From a virus (lineage: Duplodnaviria > Caudoviricetes): a DNA stretch of 64,000 bases. Positions within the stretch are counted from its first letter, which is position 1. Each line of letters starts with the position of its first letter. Location of the stretch: IMG/VR virus record IMGVR_UViG_3300023714_000001, one strand, 5' to 3'. Position numbers and translations under genes: made by a program. The notes under the pieces were generated by a model that was not told where the DNA came from, searched no databases, and saw only the letters and a program-made list of their open reading frames with translations. Shown here one piece after another: positions 20,246 to 30,222 of the stretch.

Positions 20246-20635
20246 ATGGGTAAAAAATATACCGAAGCGGAAATTGAAAGAATACAGAACGAGCTATCCA
20301 ATCAGGTAGAGAAAGAAAATGACTTTTTAACTGAGATTGAACAGCTCTCAGAGTCAATTGCTCACCGTCTTGTACAGGGGCGCCATACAAGGGAACGTTT
20401 CCTAGACACAGACTTTATCTTCAATCTGAGATATGACGATGTGCGAAAAATTATCTATGTAATGAGAACTGATCCTGTAAAACTGGCAATTGGTATGGGG
20501 CACTACAGGCCCGCAATTTTTGCAGAAGAATACAACGAAAACCTGACCATGGATGAAAATGTTTACATTGCTGTTAAGGCAGCGTTATGCTCCAAGGCGG
20601 GAATTATAAATGTCGACGAAGCAGGTAACGACTAA
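20246..20635 (+). CDS. Hypothetical protein
   Basis: GGAGG SD; GGTAATA upstream at 20202. Confidence 0.6.
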   Translation: MGKKYTEAEIERIQNELSNQVEKENDFLTEIEQLSESIAHRLVQGRHTRERFLDTDFIFNLRYDDVRKIIYVMRTDPVKLAIGMGHYRPAIFAEEYNENLTMDENVYIAVKAALCSKAGIINVDEAGND

Positions 20636-20653
20636 CGGAGGTTTTTATAAATT

Positions 20654-21256
20654 ATGGCAAATGTAATCGCTCGAGTAAAACTGGCTCCCGGCGAAACGGG
20701 TTTCTTTGACAGCTCGACAAACACGTATCTTAACTGGAGTCATCCGGTAGCAGATATCGAACTTGGTTCCGACCTGAAATCTTTGCGGGCTGCAGTAAAG
20801 GCCAAAAAGATTTCAGTTATCGAAGGGTCTCTTGGACAGAAGAAAACCTTTAAACAGGTTTTGATGGAAGCGAAAAGTAAGCGCACCGGACAGCCCCTCG
20901 AGGAATTAATGGGAGACACACCGTTGGCCTTTGAACCGACTGAAATTATTGGCAGCGATAATAAAACGGACGGCAAGGCTGCAGTGACAAAAACTACGCT
21001 TGATATTAAGCCGGACAAAGAACTTGTTGAACAGGCAGTAACTGAAAGCAAGGTTGCCGCCGAAACAGTAAAGAAGACTGTAAAGGCAGCAGATACAAAA
21101 GTTGAAGAAGCCTCCGCAGCTGAACCGGTAGAAGATAAGGCGAAAGAGCCTGAGGAGAAGGCTGCACCTAAGAAGAAAACCACCAGCAAGAAAAAGTCAA
21201 CCAAAAAGGTTGATGAAGAAGCTGCGGTTGAAGCTGAGGAAAAAACAGACAAGTAA
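20654..21256 (+). CDS. Hypothetical protein with Lys/Glu/Ala-rich tail
   Basis: GGAGG SD; low-complexity C-terminus. Confidence 0.6.
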   Translation: MANVIARVKLAPGETGFFDSSTNTYLNWSHPVADIELGSDLKSLRAAVKAKKISVIEGSLGQKKTFKQVLMEAKSKRTGQPLEELMGDTPLAFEPTEIIGSDNKTDGKAAVTKTTLDIKPDKELVEQAVTESKVAAETVKKTVKAADTKVEEASAAEPVEDKAKEPEEKAAPKKKTTSKKKSTKKVDEEAAVEAEEKTDK

Positions 21257-21272
21257 AGGACAGGTGTAAATC

Positions 21273-22091
21273 TTGTATCAAAAGTTTACCGTGGAGTCGG
21301 TGCGCGTATTTGAGGCCGACCACCTAATAAAAATCGGTTTTACCTTTGATGTGGATGAAGACTCTGTTACTGAAACCTCGGTTTATCTAACACTGAAAAA
21401 CGGGGATATAAACCCCATTACAATGTCTAAAGTAACCGTGGATGGCCCCACGGTTACTTTAGAATATGAGTCTCTACAGGTAAATACCGATTATGAAATT
21501 GTCGTCACTAAAGATGTCCGCTCTATTATGGAAGATGAGCTGGCTATTGAATTTAAGAAAAGGATACGTCTAAACTCTCGCGTAGATAGCATAGTTAACA
21601 TTATCGCCCCTATTGATTATGAGGAATTGGAAAAGCCACATTTTTTGTTTTCTGAAGAAAAGGGCAAAAGCGGCAAGGCGTTTAATCGCTTCAGAATTCA
21701 AGTGGCGCCAGATTATGGCTTCTTAAACGTGATCTACGATACAGTTATTGAGTCGAGGAATGAAATAACGCTTTCGGGCCTCAAGGCGAATCCACAATAT
21801 TTTGTCAGAATGCGTGTTGAAGCTAATGACAATGAATATGGCAATTGGACAAAAGGCAGAACTTTTACGTTAAAGGGCGAGCCAGAGCCAGATTACACAG
21901 TACCAACAACAAACAACCCCAAAAAGCCGGAAGATTGTGACGATGTTGTATTTGAAGATGATTTTGAGATTATTGGCTATCCGGAAAACGGTATAACGCC
22001 TGATGGTAGTTTTATCATTGAGTTTGACGGGGACATTGATACGTCGTCCATCGATATTGCAAATATCGTCCTTACAAGAAAGCAGGTGTGA
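21273..22091 (+). CDS. Ig/FN3-like beta-rich virion protein
   Basis: YFVRMRVE...YGNWT is FN3-like; FxxDID Ig-like segments at both ends. Confidence 0.55.
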   Translation: MYQKFTVESVRVFEADHLIKIGFTFDVDEDSVTETSVYLTLKNGDINPITMSKVTVDGPTVTLEYESLQVNTDYEIVVTKDVRSIMEDELAIEFKKRIRLNSRVDSIVNIIAPIDYEELEKPHFLFSEEKGKSGKAFNRFRIQVAPDYGFLNVIYDTVIESRNEITLSGLKANPQYFVRMRVEANDNEYGNWTKGRTFTLKGEPEPDYTVPTTNNPKKPEDCDDVVFEDDFEIIGYPENGITPDGSFIIEFDGDIDTSSIDIANIVLTRKQV

Positions 22092-22092
22092 T

Positions 22093-22767
22093 GTGGAGCG
22101 AGTCAATTTTTCTTATCGAGTATTTGACAACTGTCTGGAGATTATCCCGGATGGCGGCATTAAAAATAATAGCATCTATAAGCTGACATTGAAAAACATT
22201 CGATCCGCTGAAGGACATAAGGTGCTTGACAAACAGAGTCTTGAGATTACAACAGCCATGACACCAGCATATTGCAGCGTTGATGCTATTCGTACTCTCG
22301 TGGATGTATTTGATATATCCGAATCGACAATCTTATTTCAAATTCGCCAAGCCAGTAAGGAAGCTGACTTTATCTGGCGCTCTGTTTATAACAAACCAAT
22401 AACTCGCGATGCGGACGGCAACTATCCGTTTCCTGTCGAAAAATTTACAGAGGTGCGCGCAAGTCAACTCGCATTGACAAGGGCATACATTACTGGCACA
22501 TCTGAAAGCGGACTTGAGGGGACGCTGGGCAAGATCACTTTTAAGAACGGCGAAGAGCTCGGAAATATCCGAAAGTTGATAGATTCCCTAAAGGCCGAAG
22601 CTGATAAATGGCAGGATGCTATCCGGGGATATGTCTTTGACGGCAGAAATAAACCGGCATTTGCTCTGCGCGGCAATCATTCTTTGCGTGCTACGCCAGC
22701 TGCGGTTATTCTTAGGAATTACAATCGTGACGGTAACATGGGCTTGAAGGGAGGATATGTCATTTAA
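22093..22767 (+). CDS. Putative head-tail adaptor
   Basis: GTG start after AGGTG; AYCSVDAIR...IRQASKEAD pattern; position after the head genes. Confidence 0.5.
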   Translation: MERVNFSYRVFDNCLEIIPDGGIKNNSIYKLTLKNIRSAEGHKVLDKQSLEITTAMTPAYCSVDAIRTLVDVFDISESTILFQIRQASKEADFIWRSVYNKPITRDADGNYPFPVEKFTEVRASQLALTRAYITGTSESGLEGTLGKITFKNGEELGNIRKLIDSLKAEADKWQDAIRGYVFDGRNKPAFALRGNHSLRATPAAVILRNYNRDGNMGLKGGYVI

Positions 22768-23228
22768 TGTTAGATCCCAGCTTCAATAAAAAAATTCGAG
22801 CAATCATCCATAAATTGGAATACCCAATGTATGTTGTTATCCGTGATAAGTCTATGTATTGTCCGTGTCGCGATGCAAATGACACGCCAGATCCAGACTG
22901 CCCAAAATGCTTGGGGACGGGAAATAAAATAAAAATCAAAAAGATAACCGGTGTTATGGAACCGGACGAAGTATCTCTGCGTCTTGAAGGACAGCAGCAG
23001 GCAGCTCCGTCAAACTATTATTATTTTGATGCAGAAAAAGTTCCGAAAGAAACGGTGCTTGCTGGCAATATTATTGTTCGCGAAGATGAAGCAGATATCT
23101 TGCAAGGGGCAAAGAAGTTCCGTTCAGACTCTAATAAGGTCATTTATTACTACGAAGAGGCAGTCCCGATAAAATCCAACATAAAACTCTTCTTAAAGAA
23201 TTTCTACAATCTGGTGAGGGCGAAATGA
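22767..23228 (+). CDS. Putative neck/head-closure protein
   Basis: CPC...PDCPKCLGTG zinc motif; translationally coupled to the previous gene. Confidence 0.5.
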   Translation: MLDPSFNKKIRAIIHKLEYPMYVVIRDKSMYCPCRDANDTPDPDCPKCLGTGNKIKIKKITGVMEPDEVSLRLEGQQQAAPSNYYYFDAEKVPKETVLAGNIIVREDEADILQGAKKFRSDSNKVIYYYEEAVPIKSNIKLFLKNFYNLVRAK

Positions 23229-24244
23229 TTACAAGCATAAAAGAGATCGACCGGCATAAATCAGTTCTCCTTATTGGTATTGGCGCAACAAATAAATATC
23301 TGCACGACATTGTAAAGCCGGAAAGAGTATCTGAAGCTCGAGAAGTTTTTGGAGACAGTGACCTTGTAGATTCATACGAGCTTTTGGTGAGAGGCAATGA
23401 AGATAAGGACATCTTCATTATGAACATTGAGGTTATGACAGACTATCTTGATATCGCGCCGCTTGTATCTAGTTACGAGTTTTCCTATGTAGTTCCTATT
23501 GATGTCGGCATATCGAATTTTTTTTACGATCCCAACCGGGACGGTAAGAAAACTTTCTATATCCAACATTTAATGGAATCATTGCCGGAAGAAAATAAGA
23601 CGGTATTTCTGGTTACCGACACACATGCCAGTTTATATCAGGACATGGACCAATTTCTGGAAAGCATGAATTATCGCGAGCAGGAGTTTAAGAATAGCGT
23701 CCAGTTTAAGAAAACAAAAAGACACGCTTTGTTCGTGGCCAACAATCTGGACAACATTGCGTACGGCAACGTAGAGTTATGCCGCATGATCCTGCTTACC
23801 GATATAAACGAATATCCTGCAGATAGCGGCGAGCTTCACGCGATTTTTAGTCTTGACTTTAACGACAATGTAAGTAGTATGGCCTACTTCAAGACTCATG
23901 CCGACAAAACTACGTCAGTAGAAAATCTACTTAACTTTGATGATGAAGAAGAGCCAACAAAAATATTCTTTATTTATAGGATTTGTCTTTACATTGCAAA
24001 AGAGCTGGATTTTACCGATTATATCGGCTCAAAGTACATCTCTTACAAGAAGCAGCGCATTGCTGCTATAGTATCGGATTACCTTGGAAAGTTGGTCGGC
24101 TATATATTAACTGGTTATCAAATCAACGAGTGCTTTGCAAAAGAAAACCCTGAACATCCGGGTACTGTCGACATCATCTTAAAGTACTCCATTCAGCCCA
24201 TTGGGTGTGCAGAGCGCTTTATTACAAGAACATTGAGGATTTAA
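23225..24244 (+). CDS. Short tail-sheath paralog
   Basis: Both termini align by eye with the termini of the sheath gene 24947..27991. Confidence 0.55.
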   Translation: MITSIKEIDRHKSVLLIGIGATNKYLHDIVKPERVSEAREVFGDSDLVDSYELLVRGNEDKDIFIMNIEVMTDYLDIAPLVSSYEFSYVVPIDVGISNFFYDPNRDGKKTFYIQHLMESLPEENKTVFLVTDTHASLYQDMDQFLESMNYREQEFKNSVQFKKTKRHALFVANNLDNIAYGNVELCRMILLTDINEYPADSGELHAIFSLDFNDNVSSMAYFKTHADKTTSVENLLNFDDEEEPTKIFFIYRICLYIAKELDFTDYIGSKYISYKKQRIAAIVSDYLGKLVGYILTGYQINECFAKENPEHPGTVDIILKYSIQPIGCAERFITRTLRI

Positions 24245-24247
24245 AAC

Positions 24248-24925
24248 ATGATAGAAACATTCGATAGTAAGGTCCACAGTACAGATGCTTTTGAGCAAAT
24301 GCTGCAGCGACGCGAAAACAGCCGTCGCAGAAACGAAGTGCAAGGGCAACGAATCCTAAAAACAGATACCGATTATTCCAGAGCCGAAAAGGGCGCATCA
24401 ATGAACGACTTCTTTGAGTTAGTTAAGAAGATGGTTTTGCGAGGATTAAAGAAGTATAAGGTTGAGATTGTTCCTAATGACGGCCCCCGCAGAGTCCTTG
24501 ATCCGGCTGAAAAAATCGACCACCCAATCATTTATTACAAAGTTGTCTCACGAGTCCCTCGTGATAAAAACTATAAGCCGAGGTTCCGCGAAGACATTTA
24601 TGACAAAAATCCCGACGGAAGCGAACTTCGTCAGGGTGCAATATATGGGCAATTTTTTGATTGTGAAATTCAGTTTGACATTATTGCTAGTGATTACAGT
24701 ACTGCAGACACGGTAATGAATGCTTTTGAAGATGCAATGCAAAAGTATGCTGGTTTCTTTAAAAGAAACGGTGTAAGTGAAGTCTTATTTGCAAAACAGT
24801 TTACTGATGAAAACCTTGATATCTACCGGCAAAAAATGTCAGTAAGATCTTTGGTTTATGACGTAGCTATCGAGCGTATCCGGCTTGCTTACGACACAAC
24901 AATTATGGAAATCACTCAATCTTAA
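24248..24925 (+). CDS. Putative tail terminator/completion protein
   Basis: Position before the sheath gene; CEIQFDIIA...AD pattern. Confidence 0.5.
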   Translation: MIETFDSKVHSTDAFEQMLQRRENSRRRNEVQGQRILKTDTDYSRAEKGASMNDFFELVKKMVLRGLKKYKVEIVPNDGPRRVLDPAEKIDHPIIYYKVVSRVPRDKNYKPRFREDIYDKNPDGSELRQGAIYGQFFDCEIQFDIIASDYSTADTVMNAFEDAMQKYAGFFKRNGVSEVLFAKQFTDENLDIYRQKMSVRSLVYDVAIERIRLAYDTTIMEITQS

Positions 24926-24946
24926 TCTAATCATGGAGGTACTCTA

Positions 24947-27900
24947 ATGAGTGTACTTAACGAGGGGAATAATCTCCCTGGTACAATCATCGACATAGAG
25001 AGCGAAGTTAGTCAGGACTACGATCCGTCTCTCTGGGGAACCACAGAATCTGTGGTAGTGATTGGTACAGCATTTCAGGGGCCGGTAGGTGTTCCGACCC
25101 AGATCTACAATGTAGATATGGCTCGTTACTTCTTCGGTGCAACGTACGATAGTGCAACCCATCGCTCCGCATCCCTGGTCGCTAACATTCAGGCTTGCTT
25201 TGACCGCGGTTGCCGTACGATTTATGCAATGCGCGTTGGTGGTAAGGATATTTACAAAGACTTCCGTCTCTGTGAAGCTTCCGAAAAGTACCGTCTCCGT
25301 ATTGCTGGTCAAACCCCGACCAATACAACGAAACAGAGTTATCTGCGCATCAATGTAGCCTCTGGTTTCGAACAGATCACCCTGTATAAGCCGGCTTCTA
25401 AAGCAACGATTGCTGAAAGAAAACAGGCTTATGTGGATGACATGAATTCCATCCTTGTCTTCCAGATCAATTTGAATGCTGATATTGGCCTCACTCGCAA
25501 CGATAAGCTTGTTGACCTGGTGCGCCACTTTAACAGCAATGAACATAACAATGTGTTTGTTATGAGCATTATTGATGCTGATGGCAATGATGTGACAAAT
25601 GCTCCTGAAGCACAGGAGCTTCGTATTGGCTCCCTGTTCTCCGGCATCTACTTCGTAGGCCGCGACAAGAACAGTGACGCCGCTCCGGCATATTCCGTTG
25701 TAACGGCTCGCGCTATTATTAACGAGAATGATCCGAAGCCGTATAGCTCTTACGATGAAAAGTTCTATCGTGTGGTAGAATTCAACTCTGATGTATCGAG
25801 CGAATATCCGATTACCGCACGTCGTTATGACGAGCTCAAAAATCTTCTGCAGGGTGCATCTGTTGCTGCTGGCAGCGATTATAAGTTCCTCGAAACGGCT
25901 GGTATTGTGGATCGTGTTTGGCTCCAGGATGATGTCGATTACGAAGAAGCTGAACTGAGCAAGTTCGAACTTTACAAACGACTGGGTTCTGGCTTCGCAA
26001 TCACTGCTCAGGCTATCGAACGTAAGGGTCGAGATAGCAAAGGTCGCGAACGTCGTCCTCGCATTATCGAAACGCCGGCTGATGATGCAAATCATATTGT
26101 TGGTATTACCGATGGTATCTATTCCCTGCTTGAGAATACGGAAGCTCAGTGGCGCGTACTGGCTGCTGCTAACGCTGACGATAAGGCAGATGGCAAGTTA
26201 CCCAAAGCGGAAGCATTCAAAATTGCTACGCCGAATCAGGTTAAGCTCTTCGGTAATCCTGTAAGCGGCAACGGCGCTCTTATTACGGCTACGCCGAAGG
26301 TTGCTGAAGACGACTTGACCGCACCGAAGGAATATGAATTCCACTTCGTAAAAGTCGACGAGGAAGAAACCGAATACGATAACATTGAAGATGTGTACAC
26401 TGACCATGTTGCAAAAATTGTTGCTCGTGTTGATACCGGTGTAGCTGGTCTCAAGGCTATGCTGAAGGCAGATAAGTACCCCAATGGTACGCTGTTCCTT
26501 GTTTTTGAGCCGAGCAATCTGACAGAAGGTCACCTGTATCGTGTTCTTGATGATAAGATGGCGCTGCTCAACATCACGCGTCTGGAAAACGAATTGCTCA
26601 GCGTAAACCGCGAGCTTTATGTTGGCCAGATTGTGAATGGCGATCTCGTGTTCGTTCCGGCAGATGTTACCGTAACAGCTGGTGCTCCTACGACATATCT
26701 TACGAAAGAATATGTTCTGGTAGATAACGGAACTTCTCTCTTCGTTGCGAATGTAGATGAATCTACTGTTAACGCAGGTAAGGGTAAGCTTCGTCCGTTG
26801 GGCACGCTTGAAAGCATGCTTGGTGATAATGACAATAAGACTTTGGTTTATGTCGAAGACTCTTATGGTCAGAAGAACCTCATCAATATCACGACGGGCG
26901 CTGCTGATTTCATTCCTCTTGAGGAATTCATGGAACTCTTACAGGAAGATACAACCCTCAACAAACTGTTTGGCTTTGAACTGACTGAAGATGGGGCAGA
27001 CCTGATGTCTGAATACCCGGAGGACATCGAAGCAAATTATGTTTCCTCTACTGGTGGAAACCTCTATTTTGAACAGACGCTTGCTGATGGCACTGTAGCT
27101 CCTGGTGAATTCTACGGCCTTGCTGAAAACAAAGCTATTGGCTACGATTACAGCAAGTACATCCCGTTCCGCACGAACGACAACTTCGTACGTCAGCTCG
27201 CACAACATTGTGCAAAAACTTCGCTGGGAACTTCCATGACCCACGGCGTAATCGGTTACAGCCCGCTTCGCAATTATTCTCTCAAGGCTATTGCGGATCG
27301 AGTTGAAGAACTGGTTAAGGTTAACTACTCTTTGTATGCAAAGAAGTGGAATGGCCGCGAGTTCCTGAATATCGACGGCAACCCATACGAAATCGGCGGC
27401 AATGTCACTGTAACGGCTTTCCAGTATCCCGTAACGTCTTCCAAAGACGGTGTAACGACTACTGTGAACGGTGCAGCAGGTTACGCTGGTATGATTTCCG
27501 TACTGCCTGTTGATCAGAGCACGACGCTTCAGCCGACTGGCCTCAGCGTGATTGATTTCTTCTACTCCAATACGCAGTTGAAGAGACTGATTAGCGCAGG
27601 GTACATTGCGGCTCGTATGACTGAGACGAAAGGCATCTGCATCGCAGATGGCGTAACCATGGCTCCGGCCACTGAGTTTAGAAACCGCATTTCCATTGTT
27701 CGCACAATGAATGCTTGCGGCGATTCCATTCGTCAGGCTGCTGAACCCTTCATTGGTAAGAAGAACAGCCTCCAGAACCGCAGCGCTCTTAAGACGGCTG
27801 TTGACTCCGCACTCAATAGCTTGAAGGATACGTTAATCTGGGATTATAAGTTTGAGATTATCAACCTGAGCTCCTACACCAGCGATGCTGAGATCGACAT

Positions 27901-27991
27901 CACTTACGAAATCTTCCCGATGAACGAAATCAGAAGCGTAACTAACAACATTACCATTTCTCACCAATCCACTGGCGGAAATAACTCCTAA
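24947..27991 (+). CDS. Tail sheath protein (1014 aa)
   Basis: LPGTIIDIE, VIGTAFQGP, AAGYAGMIS, EPFIGKKN and C-terminal sheath motifs. Confidence 0.85.
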   Translation: MSVLNEGNNLPGTIIDIESEVSQDYDPSLWGTTESVVVIGTAFQGPVGVPTQIYNVDMARYFFGATYDSATHRSASLVANIQACFDRGCRTIYAMRVGGKDIYKDFRLCEASEKYRLRIAGQTPTNTTKQSYLRINVASGFEQITLYKPASKATIAERKQAYVDDMNSILVFQINLNADIGLTRNDKLVDLVRHFNSNEHNNVFVMSIIDADGNDVTNAPEAQELRIGSLFSGIYFVGRDKNSDAAPAYSVVTARAIINENDPKPYSSYDEKFYRVVEFNSDVSSEYPITARRYDELKNLLQGASVAAGSDYKFLETAGIVDRVWLQDDVDYEEAELSKFELYKRLGSGFAITAQAIERKGRDSKGRERRPRIIETPADDANHIVGITDGIYSLLENTEAQWRVLAAANADDKADGKLPKAEAFKIATPNQVKLFGNPVSGNGALITATPKVAEDDLTAPKEYEFHFVKVDEEETEYDNIEDVYTDHVAKIVARVDTGVAGLKAMLKADKYPNGTLFLVFEPSNLTEGHLYRVLDDKMALLNITRLENELLSVNRELYVGQIVNGDLVFVPADVTVTAGAPTTYLTKEYVLVDNGTSLFVANVDESTVNAGKGKLRPLGTLESMLGDNDNKTLVYVEDSYGQKNLINITTGAADFIPLEEFMELLQEDTTLNKLFGFELTEDGADLMSEYPEDIEANYVSSTGGNLYFEQTLADGTVAPGEFYGLAENKAIGYDYSKYIPFRTNDNFVRQLAQHCAKTSLGTSMTHGVIGYSPLRNYSLKAIADRVEELVKVNYSLYAKKWNGREFLNIDGNPYEIGGNVTVTAFQYPVTSSKDGVTTTVNGAAGYAGMISVLPVDQSTTLQPTGLSVIDFFYSNTQLKRLISAGYIAARMTETKGICIADGVTMAPATEFRNRISIVRTMNACGDSIRQAAEPFIGKKNSLQNRSALKTAVDSALNSLKDTLIWDYKFEIINLSSYTSDAEIDITYEIFPMNEIRSVTNNITISHQSTGGNNS

Positions 27992-28016
27992 TGCTGTTAG
28001 GATAAATTAGGGTAAT

Positions 28017-28047
28017 AAGGCGGGCTATCCCGCCCGCCTTAATTTTT
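28017..28047 (+). terminator. Hairpin/terminator after the sheath gene
   Basis: aaggcgggc...gcccgcctt followed by aattttt. Confidence 0.6.
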
Positions 28048-28067
28048 AATATGTGAGGTAAATGTAA

Positions 28068-28193
28068 ATGGCAAATGCAAATAGCTCCACTTACACGAAC
28101 ACCTACACCACTTTTTCAGGTTGCGATATTGTATGCTCCTTCGGTTCTCAGATTATTGGCGAACTGCAGGGCATTAGCTATAGCGTAACAAGA
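28068..28193 (+). CDS. Tail tube protein, exon 1 (missed by the ORF track; 3' boundary ambiguous over 28193-28197)
   Basis: MANANSSTYTNTYTTFSGCDIVCSFGSQIIGELQGISYSVTR(E); GAGG SD; aligns with FSGCD...GEAQTISYS in 30223..32319. Confidence 0.85.
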
Positions 28194-28201
28194 GAAACAT
28201 A

Positions 28202-28230
28202 TTGACAATATCTAGGCAAAGCAGTATCAT
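28202..28230 (+). promoter_or_regulatory. Near-consensus sigmaA promoter for the intron endonuclease
   Basis: TTGACA-17 nt-TATCAT. Confidence 0.7.
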
Positions 28231-28254
28231 AGAGCAAAAGGGATGTGATATTGC

Positions 28255-29229
28255 GTGACTAGGAAAAAATGGACAATTGAAGATATAGAATATTTAAAAG
28301 CCAACATAGGCAATGCGACATTTGAGGAATTAGCGGAACATTTCTGTGTTTCTCGAAATAGTATTGCTCACAAGGCTAGTAAGCTTGGTATTAGTAGAAA
28401 ATCGTTATCCGGGCAGCTGTGGACCGTAGAAGAAGACAACCTTCTAAGACAACACTTCATCTACGCACCCAAAAATATGCTAGTAAGACTTTTCCCAAAC
28501 AGGACATGGGTGGCAATTTTGCAGCGAGGTCTAAAAACCTTAGGCTTAACGAGAAAAAGTCAAGATAAATACTTTATAAACTACAAAGCACTGTCTAAAT
28601 GGAATGAGTTTACTGCATATCTCTTAGGTTTTACAATGGCTGATGGATATATAAAACGAAATCATGGAGCAAGGCACGAGAACTCCCTTCAATTCGAACT
28701 AGCGGTTTATGATAAAGATATACTTGAGAAAATTGCAAGAAATCTTGATTTTGAAGGCCCGATTACTGAGAGTAAAAGAGGAACTGCAAAGCTTTATATT
28801 TCCAATACAAAGGTATTGGACGATTTAATTGAAAAAGGCGTTCCTGCTACTAACAAAACAATTAACGCTAAATTTCCTCCAAATATACCGAAAGATCTAA
28901 TTAGGCATTTTATCCGAGGACTCTTTGATGGTGACGGAAGCATCTATATTGATGAACAGTCTCCGGTTTTTCAGCTCTTGGGAACAAAAGAACTCCTTTG
29001 TACGATAAAAAACATCTTGCCGCAATTCTTTTCCTCTGTAAATGTTTTGGACCGCTCCAAAAGTGGTGCAAATATATATTGTCTAAAAATAAAAGAGAAA
29101 AAGAAAACATTTCACTTGCTTAATTGGATGTATAACGACTCTACAATATATCTTCAAAGAAAATACGATAAATATTGTCAAATAATTAATTCTCCGTCAT
29201 ACGGGAAACCGTGTGAGGACAGGACGTGA
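28255..29229 (+). CDS. LAGLIDADG homing endonuclease with N-terminal Myb/HTH-like repeats
   Basis: WTIEDIEYL and WTVEEDNLL repeats; AYLLGFTMADG and FIRGLFDGDG motifs. Confidence 0.88.
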   Translation: MTRKKWTIEDIEYLKANIGNATFEELAEHFCVSRNSIAHKASKLGISRKSLSGQLWTVEEDNLLRQHFIYAPKNMLVRLFPNRTWVAILQRGLKTLGLTRKSQDKYFINYKALSKWNEFTAYLLGFTMADGYIKRNHGARHENSLQFELAVYDKDILEKIARNLDFEGPITESKRGTAKLYISNTKVLDDLIEKGVPATNKTINAKFPPNIPKDLIRHFIRGLFDGDGSIYIDEQSPVFQLLGTKELLCTIKNILPQFFSSVNVLDRSKSGANIYCLKIKEKKKTFHLLNWMYNDSTIYLQRKYDKYCQIINSPSYGKPCEDRT

Positions 29230-29573
29230 AACCCAGTAAATCCTCAAGAGCTTCGCTTCCACTGCGAGGGATAGACAGAAACCCTCGTGAAGGTAGGGAA
29301 ACCTAGAAATAATTGCGAAGATGAGTCATGCTGAAATAAAAGCCTGCGAAACAGGTGCTAAAACTCATAAACAAGGGATGTTTGGGCTCCTAACCAGAAA
29401 TGGCAAGGTCAAACGACTATGTGGCTGAGAGGCCCGTAAGGGAGGAAGTCCCCCTGAAGTGCGTCCTACCTAAGTCCCGAAAGGGATATGGTAAAGAAGT
29501 AGTCTCCTCTCCAGGATTAAAACCCTGGGCAGAATAAGATTCGGTACAGAGTAACGACCTGTGCGAAGACAAG

Positions 29574-30143
29574 GAAAAGGCTCCGGTGTACACGATGGGG
29601 TCTGCAAATCCTCGTTCTTTCTCTCGCGGAAAGAGGGGTATCGCAGGTACTCTCGTGTTCGTGGTTTTCGATCATGACGCCCTGCTTAAGGGCTTGGCTG
29701 AACACGTTGAAAGCAACAAGGTGTTCCACCGTATTGGTAAGGATATTAACTGGAAACCGATGACCATTGAAAAGTGGGACGAAGCAATGAAAGATATTGC
29801 TTCTCAGGGCGACAAAGGCACTACCACTAAGTCGGCCGGTTATCGTACCCGGGCAATTTCCCAGCAGGCAGAACCGATTATCGCGGACGAAATACCCCCA
29901 TTCGATATAACCATAAGTATGGCCAACGAATACGGGAAAGCAGCGGTCATGGTGCTGTACGGCGTAGAAATTTTGAATCAGGGCAGCCAGTTCTCTATGG
30001 ATAACATTCAGAGTCAGATGGCCTGCACGTTCGTTGCTTCTCGCCTGAAGTGTCTTGAGGCTGTCGACATGGCAACTGGTAAAACCATTCCTAATGGTAA
30101 TGCTAGTATCGACATGGACGATTACACGACAACCCAGAATTAA
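29574..30143 (+). CDS. Tail tube protein, exon 2 (spliced product about 231 aa)
   Basis: EKAPVYTMGSANPRSFSRGKRGIAGTLVF...DEIPPFDITISMANEYG. Confidence 0.85.
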   Translation, partial: EKAPVYTMGSANPRSFSRGKRGIAGTLVFVVFDHDALLKGLAEHVESNKVFHRIGKDINWKPMTIEKWDEAMKDIASQGDKGTTTKSAGYRTRAISQQAEPIIADEIPPFDITISMANEYGKAAVMVLYGVEILNQGSQFSMDNIQSQMACTFVASRLKCLEAVDMATGKTIPNGNASIDMDDYTTTQN

Positions 30144-30158
30144 ATAGCCGATAACGGT

Positions 30159-30202
30159 AATATCGGGGTAGCACTCAAAACGGGTGCTACCCCGATATTT
30201 TT
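30159..30202 (+). terminator. Long hairpin/terminator
   Basis: aatatcggggtagcac...gtgctaccccgatatt followed by T-run. Confidence 0.75.
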
Positions 30203-30222
30203 GAGTGTGAAGGTGATTTAAT

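Larger units (their letters stand above)
28194..29573 (+). ncRNA. Divergent group I intron in the tail-tube gene (1380 nt), LAGLIDADG ORF in the P1 loop
   Basis: P2 tcatacgg/ccgtgtga; P3 aggacgt(29221)/gcgtcct(29461); P7 ACGACTA/TAGTCT; S-like AAAGAAGTAGTCT; P8 and P9 hairpins; many GNRA loops; removal restores SVTREKAPVY. Confidence 0.82.

Noticed and set aside
24947-27991. Intein explaining the large sheath protein
   Set aside because: No intein N-terminal block, HN-C/S/T end or LAGLIDADG motif was seen
28194-29576. Translational bypass between matching GAA codons in the tube gene
   Set aside because: The 1380-nt gap is far longer than the 50-nt T4 gene 60 hop, and a ribozyme core is present
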